A stretch of 43,757 bases of DNA from Octopus bimaculoides. Taxonomy: Eukaryota. The notes beneath the pieces were generated by a model, which made no database searches, was not told the origin of the DNA, and saw nothing but the letters and a program-made list of their open reading frames with translations. Made by a program: the position numbers and the translations under genes. Shown in pieces: positions 1 through 13,390 of this stretch. The DNA lies in assembly GCF_001194135.2 (NCBI RefSeq), contig NC_068983.1:130599879-130643635 (forward strand), in the 5' to 3' direction. How positions within the stretch are numbered: position 1 is the stretch's first letter; each line of letters opens with the position of its first letter.

Positions 1-99
1 TATATATATAAGAATGTGTAACAAAATTTTTATTTTTATTTGTGTTTGGTCAGTAAGAGTTATTTTCTTGTTGCTGCTATCTAGAAATCAAGGGAAATG

Positions 100-375
100 A
101 TTACTATTCCCTTCAAACTTTGTTTTTGTGACCTGGATATCAATGCTTTAAATCTGCCCTCTTTTCCATTACATTTCAAACATATTCAGCGCTAAGTTGC
201 TGAGGCACAAATATCGTTATAGCGAATATTGTGCTCAATACCACATATTGCTTTTCATATGCTTCACTTAAACCACTTGAGCATGTCTCTTAGTGGTTAA
301 TAATATATGCATCTCACCATGTGATCATGAGCAGAGGTAGTGAGGGAATATCATCATTACGTGTTGACACGGATT
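100..375. repeat. Degenerate interspersed repeat, probably SINE-like
   Basis: Segments such as 'catgagcagaggtagtgagggaatatcatcattacgtgttga' resemble a recurrent octopus repeat as I recall it. No ORF and no clear Pol III boxes. Confidence 0.25.
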
Positions 376-639
376 TTTGGCGCTGGAATAATGTAACAAA
401 AGCAAAATTTTGTTGGAAATATTAGCCACTTTTCATACTTTCTAAGGGTAAGCAAATAGGAAATAAAACGACACAAATCGTTTTAAATAGGGTTATATAT
501 ATTTTTTAATATCCTAATACTAATGAATCTTGTTACATATTAAGCATCAGTCATAAAAAGGTAAAGCTGTTCACGTGTCTCTCAAAAACATTTTTGAAAA
601 ATGTAATAAGCCATTCTAAAATTTGGTACAATACCATCA

Positions 640-810
640 ATTTTGACGGGAGAAGAGTTGATTGCATTGATCCCAATCCTCTAGTGGTACGTATTTCATA
701 GAGCCCAAAAGGATGGAATGCTTACCCCATGTCGATTGTATTTGCACCCAGATCCTAAACAGGCGGCAAAATACCGCATGTGCATATGTTCTGCCAGCTA
801 TCCTTCGTTT
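640..810 (-). mobile_element. Degenerate tRNA-derived SINE (octopus-type family)
   Basis: The minus strand reads 'agctggcagaac...gcggtatttt...ccatccttttggg...gaaatacgtaccact...tgggatcaatgcaatcaact'. This follows the abundant SINE consensus I recall (gagctggcagaa...catcctttcggggtcgataaaataagtacc...ggggtcgatgtaatcgact). Confidence 0.5.
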
Positions 811-1499
811 TAAATGTGCATTAATAAATTAATAAACGACGATTAGCTATGTAAAAAAATATTTCACCCAAAAACACACGCGCACCTGCACACACGCACA
901 CACATATATAATTATGATTATAGTATACATGCATGTAAATGTGTGCATGTGAGAGATTAAGTAACGCTAAGTTATGTGCTATATAAACCTGCATATCAAG
1001 AGAAAAATAACGAATATTCTGCAAAAATCAGGAAGGAACTTATTCTAATCTCTCGAGTCCCACATAAGCAGACCTCTCGGGGTATTTGGAAAAGTTAGAA
1101 CGTATTCAGGTTATCACTTCAAGTATAATAATGATTATATATATTTTCCCTAAGATACAGTTATGGTTTTTGCACGATAAGCAGATACCATAAAAAATAT
1201 TCATGGTTTCTTATCAGCATAAGACACCAAAAGGATATTTTCTCGGAATATATTCATTGATATAAATTCCTGTCTGACATGTAGCAAAATATGATGTAAA
1301 TAAATTCGAATTAGAAGTTGTTGCAAGCAAGGTATCCTACATGAAAATAATAATTTAATTTGCAATGATTAAGTAGCAGAAATTTGTCTTAATTCTAGCC
1401 TTCGTTGAATGTATTCCCAAGAAAGAATTTTTAAACGTAATGTCTAGCAAAAAGAATATTAGGCGTTAAAAAGTTGCTCGTGTTACTATGACTATTTGT

Positions 1500-2620
1500 T
1501 GACTCAGTATTGCTAGATTAGTTATACCCGTAAAGATATTCACAGTATTTAGTATTTAGAAAGGAATTGATCATAGTAAATGGTGAACCCATGCGAATAA
1601 TGGACCTGTATAGAGATAGATTATCAAGGCATAGGAAAGAAATGAACATAGTCGCAACGATAAGAGCAGATAATTATTTAAGAGCAATCCTTTACTTCTA
1701 TATTCAAGCGTGATGATACATAAGTGGGCAAGGTTCAATATTTTGGAATGACTCATGTAGTTATTTACGTTTTTCAGAGTTGATTTACTGTTTTTATATT
1801 TTTTGTTAAGTTAGACTGGATTTCACACTGATGTACACAATGTGCTGTTACTTATTTCATTCTTAGTTTTACTTTTATTTGCTTACAGACTGTAGTCTCT
1901 TGTCATCCATTTGCTGTTCTCAGTGAGGATTCTAAGATGAAACCAATTTTCGGGATCCATAAGATAGGAGCCAAATACTGGGGCCGTTACAAATGAGCAT
2001 ATCCTCTCACTAAATGTGAAGTCCTTCATTTATCTTAGAAATCAACATGATTAGATGACTATAACAATTATTCTACTTTTGTTCAATTCTTCCATTCTAT
2101 AAAGAACGAATAAAAGGTGTAATGACTATATTCTTTTAGAGCTAACTTGTCTTTTCGTGTTTTCTTGCATAGTTATTTTGTATCATTGCGAATCCCAAAT
2201 GTAATTATTGATATCGCTATTGTATACATCATCATTACGGTTTTTGTTATCGGTAGTATTTTTAAATCTTTAGTAAGGACAATGTATGAATAACCAGAAA
2301 TCACTGCCAGAGCTGTCCACCAAACAAAACTATAATAAAGAAAATGTATTTCCAAAAACGACAGCAAAAAATATGATTCTCAACCCATCCCGAACAAGAA
2401 AGTTATATAAGCATTAACCTCCCAAGGCGTCAACAACAATGGAACTCCTACAGAGACTTGTCCTTTTTTTCTTTATCCAAAATAATTCCTACAAAGTGAG
2501 CCAAAACACCTGCAATATCAATAGCTTGTTGTTGTTGCTGCTGCTGTTGATGTTGTTGTTGTTGTTGTTGTTGAGGTAGGTGTTGCTGTTGTTGTTGATA
2601 ATGCTGTATCGCCGCAGGTA
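1500..2620 (-). pseudogene. Possible decayed intronless class A (rhodopsin-like) GPCR pseudogene
   Basis: Stitched minus frames give a Thr-rich N-terminus, then TM1-like IDIAGVLAHFVGIILDK and TM3-like YYSFVWWTALAVISGYSYIV. These are followed by TM4-like TKTVMMMYTIAISII, TM6-like ALK*LSALIVATMFISFLCL, TM7-like FTMINSFLN and a Ser/Thr tail (SSNTESTNSHSNTS). There are many stops and at least two frameshifts. AT-rich DNA can mimic hydrophobic segments. Confidence 0.3.
2526..2598. repeat. Imperfect (GTT/GCT)n trinucleotide repeat
   Basis: Directly visible. It reads as poly-Thr on the minus strand. Confidence 0.9.
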
Positions 2621-3559
2621 AGCTTTATATGAGCAATCCGCTGACTGTAGTTAATATGTTTAACTGATACAGATAAAATATCTATTGCAAACCTCTTCCT
2701 ATATTTCAGCATCGATATTTTTTATAGTAAACTGTCATATATTCTTATTAATTCCTTGCACTTTCGAAAGTTTCTATTCGAAAAAGCAATGGAGAATACA
2801 TAGTATGTTACAGAAATAAGAGCATCAGTAATAACTGTAGCACAAATTCGAAACTACAGCAGAGATTTTAAGGTGTAGCTCACCTCGTTATCACATTGTA
2901 GGCCTTGAAGATAAAGGCCACATATAATATATACCTGGAGGCAATATATACACGTAGATAAACCGAGTTTTATTAAGTATTTAATGAAGGTACCTGGCTT
3001 AGTATTTCGAGTGTTGAATTAACAGTCATTGATTTGTTTTCTAAGCCACGCGCGCTGTGTGTATTGCTCCTCATTTCATATTGTTCCAGTTAACTGAAAA
3101 TTAGTACCAACCGAGTGTTGGAACAGCAATATCGCGGTTAGAAATACTGAAAGCGTGTCTATGCCTGTTCGCTTCTACAAAGACTTGTATATAATTAGCG
3201 AAAGTATGGTACATGCTAACCGCTCACAGTCGCTTGCAACTGATGGCTATGGACATACCACTAGGTTTGTACATGTAATAGCATAAATCTAATGTGTTTC
3301 TTTTACAATAAATCAGCTCATTAACATCGGTCCCACGTTATTTTAGCCGTGGTTCCAGTATTACAAATATTTGGTCAAGGTTCCTACTTTCAGATCAAAT
3401 TCTGACTTCATTCTACCAGTACAAATATCTCATAAAGAGACGCAGATGTTCTCTTCATTGGGTGGCTAAGTCATTAATCAAATAACGTATTTAGTGATTT
3501 TTATGTTTTTTCTAATCGTTACTACAATTAGTTTTATAATCTCTACTTTAATTAATCCG

Positions 3560-4400
3560 CACCACCCTCTAGACACATTCAACACGTTCGTCTCCTATAA
3601 CTTCTTTCATTTGATATCTTTCTCACCTTCAAGAATACGCTTGAAGCACTTCCTTTCCACTACAGCCTAGCACTGGGATTGCTTCCTCTCTCCGGGTTTT
3701 TGTAACACAGTTTAAATCTATGGTTTTCAGATGATAGGGTTCAATAGCACTCACAACAACTTCACAAAATGTGGTTGACAAGGAAAGTAATAGACATGAC
3801 CTCATCATTCCTAAGTTAATTTCAAGTAAACTTATTAGGCAATTTCACATATAGCGGTACTAATTGCTGCTAGAACCTGATTACAGATGCATGACATGGA
3901 TTTCTTCATGAAGTACATAATCTATTCCACTTTAAGTTTATAATTCATAATAATCATCACTTTGTATCTGTGATAGCAATGACCACCACTATCATGTGTT
4001 CAGTCAATAATGTATGTATTCACATCAGAAGGATATTTTTATAATTGTATTTGTTCTTACCATTTCGGTCATTGTATCTAAAGAATTGAAGCCAGCGTCC
4101 TCTTTTAGAAATTGCCCGGTATATGTTTGTGACATGCCGTTTAGTAGTCTTGAAGTCTAATTGTTGTAACCAGAGTTTTGTTTCGTTTTGTTTTGCTTTC
4201 TTCATTGCTTTTTTTCAGCTTCCAATTAAACATGGAGGATAATACCCATGCACCTTATTACAGAGAAAGTAATCCAAAAGAGATGGAAATGGAGGAAGGA
4301 ATGGGCAAATCAGAAACACGACCAAAAGGTTTACATCAATGCGGACTTCGCCGTATGTATCAAAGTATCAGGGAGCAATGTGAAACTTACTAACACTTTA
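3560..4400 (-). mobile_element. Heavily decayed RTE-like LINE remnant
   Basis: Minus frame KKAMKKAKQNETKLWLQQLDFKTTKRHVTNIYRAISKR...NDRNG resembles the RTE endonuclease-RT linker (KK.V..AK...IYRIA..R...D.NG). Further downstream, ERKCFKRILEG resembles an RTE C-terminal segment. Confidence 0.35.
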
Positions 4401-4818
4401 TACATTACTTACTACGACGGGACTTGAACTTCAAAAGTGAAGTGCATGAATAAGTAACGAAAAGAATGTCATTCGATACCATATTAATTCTGACAAATTG
4501 CATTTGGAATTCCATGACATATTTGCAATACGTCTCCAGATTCAAAACTGTAACTATTTCTATATTGTCAAGAGCATCAGGTGAATACATGTTAATCTTA
4601 GATACTTAATGTTTGAAATCTCGGTTCCTCGACATCGACATCTGTCTTGTGTGTGCATATGTGTGTATTCATATTTGTGTGTATATATATATAACTAATT
4701 TAGAGACGAATTCTAAATTAGTTACATACATATATACATATATTATATATTACTAAATTCGGTCTAATATTATTATACTGAATTTTACCTGTAATTTGGA
4801 ATAATTATTAATTCCCTA

Positions 4819-4926
<108 letters not shown>

Positions 4927-5899
4927 TTGCACACACATTTATACATATATGTTTATGTGCTTATATATAAAAAAATACACATATCTCTAGGTACAAATAT
5001 GGAGGAAGGACTATGGTAAACGTATTTTCGAATATATTTTAGAAGCCATATGTAGAATGATAATTTGCTGAAATAAGAAACCATAAGAATGCAGTTTCAA
5101 GAAAAGAATCTTATTCATATGTGATATAGCAGTGAATAGATCTTCTTTATGAAATGAATACAGCGTAGTGGTTTTGAAATCGGAAATTGTTTGCGACGTG
5201 CATGCGTTAAAGGAATGTATGAGAAGTATTTTATACAACAGTCGTAATATCAGTATGTAAGTATGACGAAGTTAGTACATAAATAATTCTTTATGAGGAT
5301 TAAGTGCTCAAAAGTTTGGAATTAAGAAAGGAAAACTATGCAACTAAATCCTAAATTTTCAGTATGGTACTTGGTTCACATTAAAATTTAAATTTGATAT
5401 ATTTGAATTTTGTATCACGATATTTATATCTACCATGAATTTGATTGTGTCTGTTCCAGTGAAAAGCGCTTTTAGCTTAAAGCCGTTCACCTCTGCGAGA
5501 GCCTGTTACTTACTAGAGTGTGCAGGAAACCAGTTTCTATTTACATCCTATCGTATTTGGAATATGGCATCTCAAGCTGCATCTTTCATCGGTCTGCTGC
5601 CGCGCTGACGCATCATAATCAATGGTTTTAGATTGATTATACCAGCTAGAGTACGTCGCACTATATCAGTGTCGATTTCCCCCCCAATGATTAAATTACA
5701 CTTGTGATGTTAAGTGACACCGAATTTATAATCTGACTGACGAAAGTAAACACGGACTAAGCCAACACATACCTATATATGGTTTTATACATATGTATGT
5801 GTGTGGAAATGCGTCTTTGTGTGTTTAGTGAGACAGATGGGTAGAAACGTACGTACATAGATACATACATAAATACATCTGATTTACGGAAGACCATCG

Positions 5900-7380
5900 G
5901 CAATGTGATGATGTGTATTGCGTCCAAACAAGTAAATTACTATACGTCTCACTAACAAAAAGTGAAGAAGGAGACAGAGGTGATGTTTGAAGAAAAAGGA
6001 CCATCCCTTGCAAACTGATCACCCTAAATAAGGAGCTGAAAGCCATCAGTGAGAAACCCCGAAATCGGAAGAGAATAAAGGAGAGAAAAAAATAACCTGA
6101 ACAAGGTAGCAGTATACAGAGACTTGAAAGGAGAAGCAGTGAACATCATAGAAACTCCTTCACAGGAAGATATAGACTCTTTCTGGAGGAAAATACGGAG
6201 GGAAAAGGAGTTTAACCAGTTTGTTATTGTCCATGCATTACACTCAAGACATACAACTTTGATGGTGATACTCTTAGAACAGTCATCCAGAAACTTCGGT
6301 GTGGAAAAGTTGGCTGATCTGTAGAGGAAATCTCCTTCATAGATGTGAAATCGATACGATCCTGATATCAAATGGAGATATCCGCAGAAATAGTGATCTC
6401 GACATTTTCTATCAAAAAGACGAAAGAGGTGGAGTTTTGACATCAGCGCAGATGGCCTCTGAATGTCAAATGATATCTCATACAGCACTTGCTGAACAGC
6501 AGCAACAAAAAGCAAAAAAACATTAACTTATTGCAGAAAAGTGAATACTACAATATCCTGCTTGTCAACAATGAGCTACACCGCAGACAATCTCTTCCTG
6601 GTGATCTTCCATAACCTCCAAAACCGGACTAACATACCTCAAAGAAGATATGGTTGTGAAACGGTCAGCATTCCAAAAATAGTTTATGCAAATTTCGCGA
6701 AGACTTGAAGATGACACTAATTTTGACATGAAACGCAACCTTTCTTGGACTCGTGACCTCTATATTGCATCATATTTCGCAGGTATTGGATTTGCAGTTC
6801 AAGAACAGGATATTGCAACACTATATCTAATAAACAATAGAAAGTCTGAAACATTTGAATCTCCAAGATGCAACAAAAGATGTAGATTATGTAATATCTC
6901 TGAGGAAGATATCGCACGTGATTGGCAGCTCTCCCAAAATATCATCTAGTTACTACCGCCCTATGTGACTCTACACTTTCTAAAAACAGTCATTCAGAAA
7001 TAAAAAAAAACTATTGCCCTAGAATAAATATAGTATATTCTCTTGATATTGAATACATACACAATCATCAACACAAGAGATATTTGTGAAACTATCCTAC
7101 CAAAACATCTATTAAATGTAAGGAACAAGAGGCCGCATATTGTTGATATGGACACGCAAGAAACAAATATGTGCCGTCAGAGTTGTCTGCTGTCCTGATG
7201 ATTTGAATGTCTTTGAGGATCAAAGAGAAAGAGGATAAATCTGGATAATTACTTCACAACCTTCAGTTGCTATATCCAGGTTATAGATTTTCATTTATAT
7301 CAATGATAATTGATACAATTTTGTGAGTTAATACTTAAATGACAATCTGGATCAGTTAAGGTTTTCAGAAATAATAATGA
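5900..7380 (+). mobile_element. Degenerate R4/Dong-clade non-LTR retrotransposon, internally deleted, with the 3' restriction-like endonuclease
   Basis: Frameshifted motifs: QEDIDSFWRKI; NGDIRRNSDLDIFYQKDERGG (cf. SDVDRLY..R..GGRGL); GIGFAVQEQDIAT...KRCRLCNISEEDI (zinc knuckle); NKRPHIV (cf. RPDIV of the REL domain); PDDLNVFEDQREKEDK; QLLYPGYRF. Confidence 0.75.
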
Positions 7381-7635
7381 AATAAGTATCTGACACATGC
7401 AAAAAAAAACTGTGAATGCAACAGTAAAAGTGTGCAAGGCTTTCGTCAAGTTTCATCATACAACGCGTTTCCCCATAGATATTGTCAAACAAATTCTACT
7501 CAGAATTTATAAATAGGCACATGAGCAGAGTGAAGTATTTCTGCATAGTTATTGCAATCTTGAATAACGTAGGTGAGAAGAGATATTTTTCGCAGCGGAA
7601 TATGCGTGAACTCATCTGTATATAAAATCAGGATG

Positions 7636-7704
7636 TTTGTGTGTGTAAGTGTGTGTGTGGGTGTGTGGGTGTGGGGGGGGGTGAGTGTGTGGGTGTGCGT
7701 GTGT

Positions 7705-7767
<63 letters not shown>
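7636..7767. repeat. (GT)n microsatellite
   Basis: Directly visible. Confidence 0.97.
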
Positions 7768-7771
<4 letters not shown>

Positions 7772-8891
7772 GTTTAGATGTTGGGTGGAAAATTTAGGCA
7801 AATAATGGAAAAAATCTATTGACAAATGGTAATTGTCATGGAAAATATGTTCGAATTAGTAATTATCGTTTTGTTAAACAATAGCATGTTTATTGAACTG
7901 GAAGCAAAGAAATGCAATTTAGTAACGAAAAACATTTCAACACCGATTATTCAAGCTCAAGACTTACGCAGAGAAAATTCAATTTTCTCGTGCATTCCTT
8001 GATTTTTTTTTCTCTTCCTATTTCTGAGAATCACAGAATGAAGTCATGTTGATTCCTCATATTGTTAAGAATTCAAAGAATTATACTTTAAGTTGAAGTT
8101 CATTGAGTCAATGCAGATGATGAATTCTGGAATGAGAGAAACAAAACGAATAAGAAATCTATCTCTTAAATATTTTGTTACAAAGATTTAGCAAAATAGG
8201 AAATATGCAAGGGATGTTACAGAAGCAATTATCCTCGGATTCTTTTTCGCTTGTAAATATTTCTAGTGATATTTCATTGATGTTTAGGAAATTGGAAAAA
8301 TATACGTGTTACGGTTTTTAATAAACATTCGGCACAGAATTATTCAAAACTTCCGAGATGTACAAATGTGGTTAAAAGCTTGTACGCTCACCGAAATATG
8401 ATAAAATAAAATAAAGTAAAAATAGGAAAGGTTCCTGATTAAAAGACGCCCTGATTGAACTATGTTATAATGGCTAGATTAATACCATTTTGGCAGTTCG
8501 GGAATTCACATTCATAACTTCTGAAAAGTATTTTAAACAATTTCCCAAATAACGAATGCTATATTGGTTTGACGGAAAAGAGCAATTTTGAATGGTAACT
8601 CAAAAAATCTTGTTGCATTATTGATTGTGGCTGATTATAGATCGATTATTGTCTGCTATTTTTCTTTGTAAATTCTGTAGCGCTTTGATATTAATAGCGG
8701 ATTGTGATTGTTTAAGTTAAAGAATAAAATAGATAAAATATGAAGAACAACTGAATGTCTGGCAACATACAGTTTACCAGTCTATATTCTGCATAAATAT
8801 AAAGGAAAACGCAGTAATTTATATACACACAGACACACGCACACACACACATATATGCATAGACACACATATATGTATGTATGTATATATA

Positions 8892-9825
8892 NNNNNNNNN
8901 NNNNNNNNNNNNNNNNNNNNNNNNNNNNNNNNNNNNNNNNNNNNNNNNNNNNNNNNNNNNNNNNNNNNNNNNNNNNNNNNNNNNNNNNNNNNNNNNNNNN
9001 NNNNNNNNNNNNNNNNNNNNNNNNNNNNNNNNNNNNNNNNNNNNNNNNNNNNNNNNNNNNNNNNNNNNNNNNNNNNNNNNNNNNNNNNNNNNNNNNNNNN
9101 NNNNNNNNNNNNNNNNNNNNNNNNNNNNNNNNNNNNNNNNNNNNNNNNNNNNNNNNNNNNNNNNNNNNNNNNNNNNNNNNNNNNNNNNNNNNNNNNNNNN
9201 NNNNNNNNNNNNNNNNNNNNNNNNNNNNNNNNNNNNNNNNNNNNNNNNNNNNNNNNNNNNNNNNNNNNNNNNNNNNNNNNNNNNNNNNNNNNNNNNNNNN
9301 NNNNNNNNNNNNNNNNNNNNNNNNNNNNNNNNNNNNNNNNNNNNNNNNNNNNNNNNNNNNNNNNNNNNNNNNNNNNNNNNNNNNNNNNNNNNNNNNNNNN
9401 NNNNNNNNNNNNNNNNNNNNNNNNNNNNNNNNNNNNNNNNNNNNNNNNNNNNNNNNNNNNNNNNNNNNNNNNNNNNNNNNNNNNNNNNNNNNNNNNNNNN
9501 NNNNNNNNNNNNNNNNNNNNNNNNNNNNNNNNNNNNNNNNNNNNNNNNNNNNNNNNNNNNNNNNNNNNNNNNNNNNNNNNNNNNNNNNNNNNNNNNNNNN
9601 NNNNNNNNNNNNNNNNNNNNNNNNNNNNNNNNNNNNNNNNNNNNNNNNNNNNNNNNNNNNNNNNNNNNNNNNNNNNNNNNNNNNNNNNNNNNNNNNNNNN
9701 NNNNNNNNNNNNNNNNNNNNNNNNNNNNNNNNNNNNNNNNNNNNNNNNNNNNNNNNNNNNNNNNNNNNNNNNNNNNNNNNNNNNNNNNNNNNNNNNNNNN
9801 NNNNNNNNNNNNNNNNNNNNNNNNN
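8892..9825. other. Assembly gap (N run) flanked by (AT)n
   Basis: N run. The 337-398 aa ORFs here are artefacts. Confidence 1.
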
Positions 9826-9856
<31 letters not shown>

Positions 9857-11236
9857 ATATGTATGCATATATACGCACACACACACACATATAGGATAAA
9901 ACGAATACAGATCCTTATATATACTACCAGAAAGATCACTCTACAGACGGTTTTCTGCTGGCCCTTTGATATTTTCACATTTGATTTCCAGTTCTAATAA
10001 TTTTTTTATATATTACATCTAATAGTTTGTCTGCATAATAGTGCTCACTTGCTTAGTAAATATTACTTTCATTATTTTTATCACAGTCATAATCTCTCTT
10101 TTTCAAACAAACATCCTGGTAGTCTAATAACACAGGGAGAAGCAGTTTGCCCAGATTTACCTTCCCCTCAAAGCAAAATCGAGATTTCAATTCAGCAGTG
10201 ATAGAGAGAGGAGAGAGAACATTGCAAACAATAAATGAAATACGCATGAAATGGAAACATCGTATAAATAAAAGGGCATTACTACAGATGTATACGTCCC
10301 CGAATTTGTTGTTTCATATCATCCATACAAATGGATACTTTTTATCAAACTTTTCTACAAATACCGCTTAGATATTGTGGCTTCACGGTATATAGGGACT
10401 TATTGGAAATAATTTTTCCAAGGCTGTGGAGAGAGGAGTGTCGAAAAATTCATATGACCTGTTTTTATTTTCCACATATTTTTTTAAAAGATGAGTATCT
10501 TTTAAAACTTATACAAATCACTTTCAAGCCGCATAGATTACGGTTAAAAAGAAATTTGTGGGGAAAATGGTTTTAAGGATGTTCCCCATTTTTTTAAACA
10601 CAGCCTTCGAAATGATGGGGGGAGAGGCATACTTGCATGAAAAAAGTTTTGAAAACACGTCTTTTTTTACAACCCCTTCCTCACCAAACTATTTGCGAAC
10701 TATTTTGATTAATTTGTTCTTGCACATCAAAACCATAAGGGAGAGCATTTTCGGTAAAAAATCTTTTTTAAATTTCAATATTTTCAGATGGAAATATGAG
10801 TTATTTAAAGGTTGTTTTGCTGTTCTTTCTAGCACATCCAAAGATAAGCCTGCTCATTTCTTTATCACTACCGCAAGTATTGATGCTTTTTTTTTTCAAT
10901 ATTTTTACCCCATAAATACATTTATATGCTATAAAAAGCAAGATTTGAAAAATTATGAATTTTTCTCAAACCCACTCACTGCCCTTGATTATTTCTGTTT
11001 AGAAATTACAATTTTGGAGAGCCTAAAGTCATTGCTGGCAATAATACACAGTGACTTATTATAAAATTACGGAGATATACTTGCATAGCAAGTGACTTGA
11101 TCTGGGACCGTATGCTGAAACAAAAACAATTGCAGCGTTGAAGACATTTGTAAGTCATTCAAGAACACACAAAAAACTTTGGTCACGGAACTACTTAAAC
11201 ACAGAGATCCTGATGCAACCATATGAAGAGGAGGGT

Positions 11237-11312
11237 TAGTTTTCGAGTTAGGTTTTAGGGCTATAGTTTAGGGTTAATTTTAGGGCTATAGTTTAGGGTT
11301 AATTTTAGGGCT
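11237..11312 (+). repeat. Short tandem array containing TTAGGG units (23-bp period)
   Basis: 'ttttagggctatagtttagggttaa' occurs twice, followed by a partial third copy. Confidence 0.85.
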
Positions 11313-13059
11313 AATAAGGTGTCATTACACGTCCACACAGCGTATTTTTAAAATGTTATCTACCAATCTCCTGTATTTGAGTCGTACTGTTCAGAGACGC
11401 CTGTATTTAAGTAGTACCAGTTTCATTTCAGCATTAAAATTTCATTAGTCAATTTATTTTCCTCATTTTGAAACAGCGACCTTTCACTAACAAAATTTCA
11501 CAAAAGTGATGCAGCATGAAGTTTTACCAGTGAACAGCACACACACGCGCGCGCGCACGTACACACACACACAACACACACTCATGCACACATTCATTGC
11601 TTTTCATTTCTGTGGATATATGTATCTATGTGTGCGCACGAGTGTGTATTGTTGTGTGTGTGTGTGTGTGTGTTTGTCACTGTTAAAGTCGTTCGGGCAA
11701 CTTGTTTGTGTATATACAGGATTAGCGCTACAGAGTGTTTGGAAAATGTGAAAAAGGTGTAAGTTTCGAGTACTTGTTGGTAACTTTATTTCTCCTCGTA
11801 ATAACCCAACATTCTATGCTCTTCTCACAGATTGATCTATAGGAAGAAGTTGAAGCCACAAGATCTCCCCTGTCTACAGGTTAAGATGGGAAATGTACGC
11901 TGGAATTTATGGATCTAGTCTTTCTCTTTCGTAAAATGAGCCCCCATTAATTTTTCTCAGATAACTTTCAATTTTGGTGTATCGATGCAACTCTGAATTT
12001 TGATCATGATCAACCAATTACTTTGTCTCTTAAATGAAAAACTCTCATGATATTTGGAATTAAACTTGGGAAATTTGGGTAATTTTAGCCAATCAACAGA
12101 CAACGTCGCATTAGCAGCTTGTTACCATGACAACCCCAGCCTGTGTTGTGGTTCACTGTTGTCTGTGCGACCGTTGTCTTTCTTGATTTCCCACGCGTGT
12201 TTTGTTCTAATTTTTCTGTGTGTTAGTATATAACATATTATTTTGTATTTCTATTTGTTAGAATTTATCTATGGTTTTTTTATGTGTATTTGTATTTTTA
12301 CATATTTTTCATTTTATATTTTTGAGACTCATTGACTCAGATAGCAGGATTTATGATTTTACTAGGTTAATTCTATTCATAGAAATTTTAATTAGGTGTA
12401 TTTCGTAAACCGCTAGCTTCACTTTTCAACAGCTTAACTGAAATTTTGCCCACGTAACAGGAACTGAGAGGGATATCGTGGAACAGAGAAACTGTAGGTG
12501 GTACAGAGAATTTGACATTATTTTTGATTTAATCATGCAAAAACATATAAGATACAGGTATTCTTTTCCTTGGGTGAAATTCTTTGTTGACCAGTGTTAT
12601 TCTTATCGTAGCTTAGAAATCCAAACATGAAAACGTTACTCAACTTTGGAATTTTGGAGATAGACGTCCCTTTTTCACACGCACACATGCGCTGATATAT
12701 TAATGATGTACATAAATACATAGCAGGTATATATAATGGTGAAGTACGCATAAAGGAAACACATGCAGAAATATCAATATAACAAATTTTAAAAAGTGAC
12801 AGAAACACACAATCAATGGAGGAGACAAAATAAACAGTAAGATGACGCATGTTGATTTTATTAGGTATTTCTGTTTATTTAGAAACCTACGTTGAACAGG
12901 TCAGACGCAAAACTAAATTTAACATGATACAGCCTTAAAGTGACACCTGGCCGCCAAACGCAGAAAATTCGTATCTCGCTGTTGGCTAAAAATACCGTTT
13001 TTCGATTATTAAACCTCAGTAAGTTTTTTCTCCAATTTTTTTTCTCCACAACATCATAC

Positions 13060-13390
13060 ATTCAATGCAATGCAATGAGACCTTATTATAGTCGATTTTC
13101 AGATTTGTTGTTTCCTTTTAAAAAATGCATATTCTGCGAATGAAAAGAACTAGATCCGAATTTATATAAGGAAGAACGTTTGAATAGGTAATATTAGTAA
13201 AAAGATATATCCTAATACACGAACTGCTTTACACTAGGTTAACCAACAGTTTCTTAACTGCGATCTGATACCTTACGATCGTGTATACATAAATCTTGGA
13301 ATCGCAGCTTTTTGATACCTTACAAAAGAAATCCAGAATTTCAGGGAATTAAACGCATTCCGGAAACGCCTAGATGTCCTGCTATTTAAC
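13060..13390 (+). mobile_element. Possible decayed CR1/L2-type LINE 3' end
   Basis: RPYYSRFSDLLFP...EERL and F*YLTKEIQNFRELNAFRKRLDVLL resemble the CR1/L2 ORF2 terminus (RP.LEY...W.P; FN.LP..IR....FK..LD..L). Confidence 0.3.

Noticed and set aside
1100-1420. TIR-domain-like phrases in one minus frame (LLHVRQEF...ENIL...IIIILEVI)
   Set aside because: Motif spacing is inconsistent between frames and there is no LRR ectodomain. Probably over-reading.
4061-4156. 96-nt open segment on the minus strand bounded by AG and GTAAGA; also a GTAAGT near 4410
   Set aside because: There is no polypyrimidine tract and no recognisable product. The region is better explained as an RTE remnant.
5615-5640. Perfect 9-bp hairpin ataatcaat/attgattat; a similar 8-bp hairpin at 42251-42272
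   Set aside because: AT-rich stems of this length are expected by chance in 44 kb, and no supporting context is present.
5737-5765. CTGACGA followed by a short AGT/ACT stem
   Set aside because: No GAAA after stem II and no stems I or III.
8712-9997. ORFs of 337-398 aa, and similar ones at 17152-18130, 18442-19049 and 26333-26778
   Set aside because: They consist of N-gap X residues and microsatellite translations.
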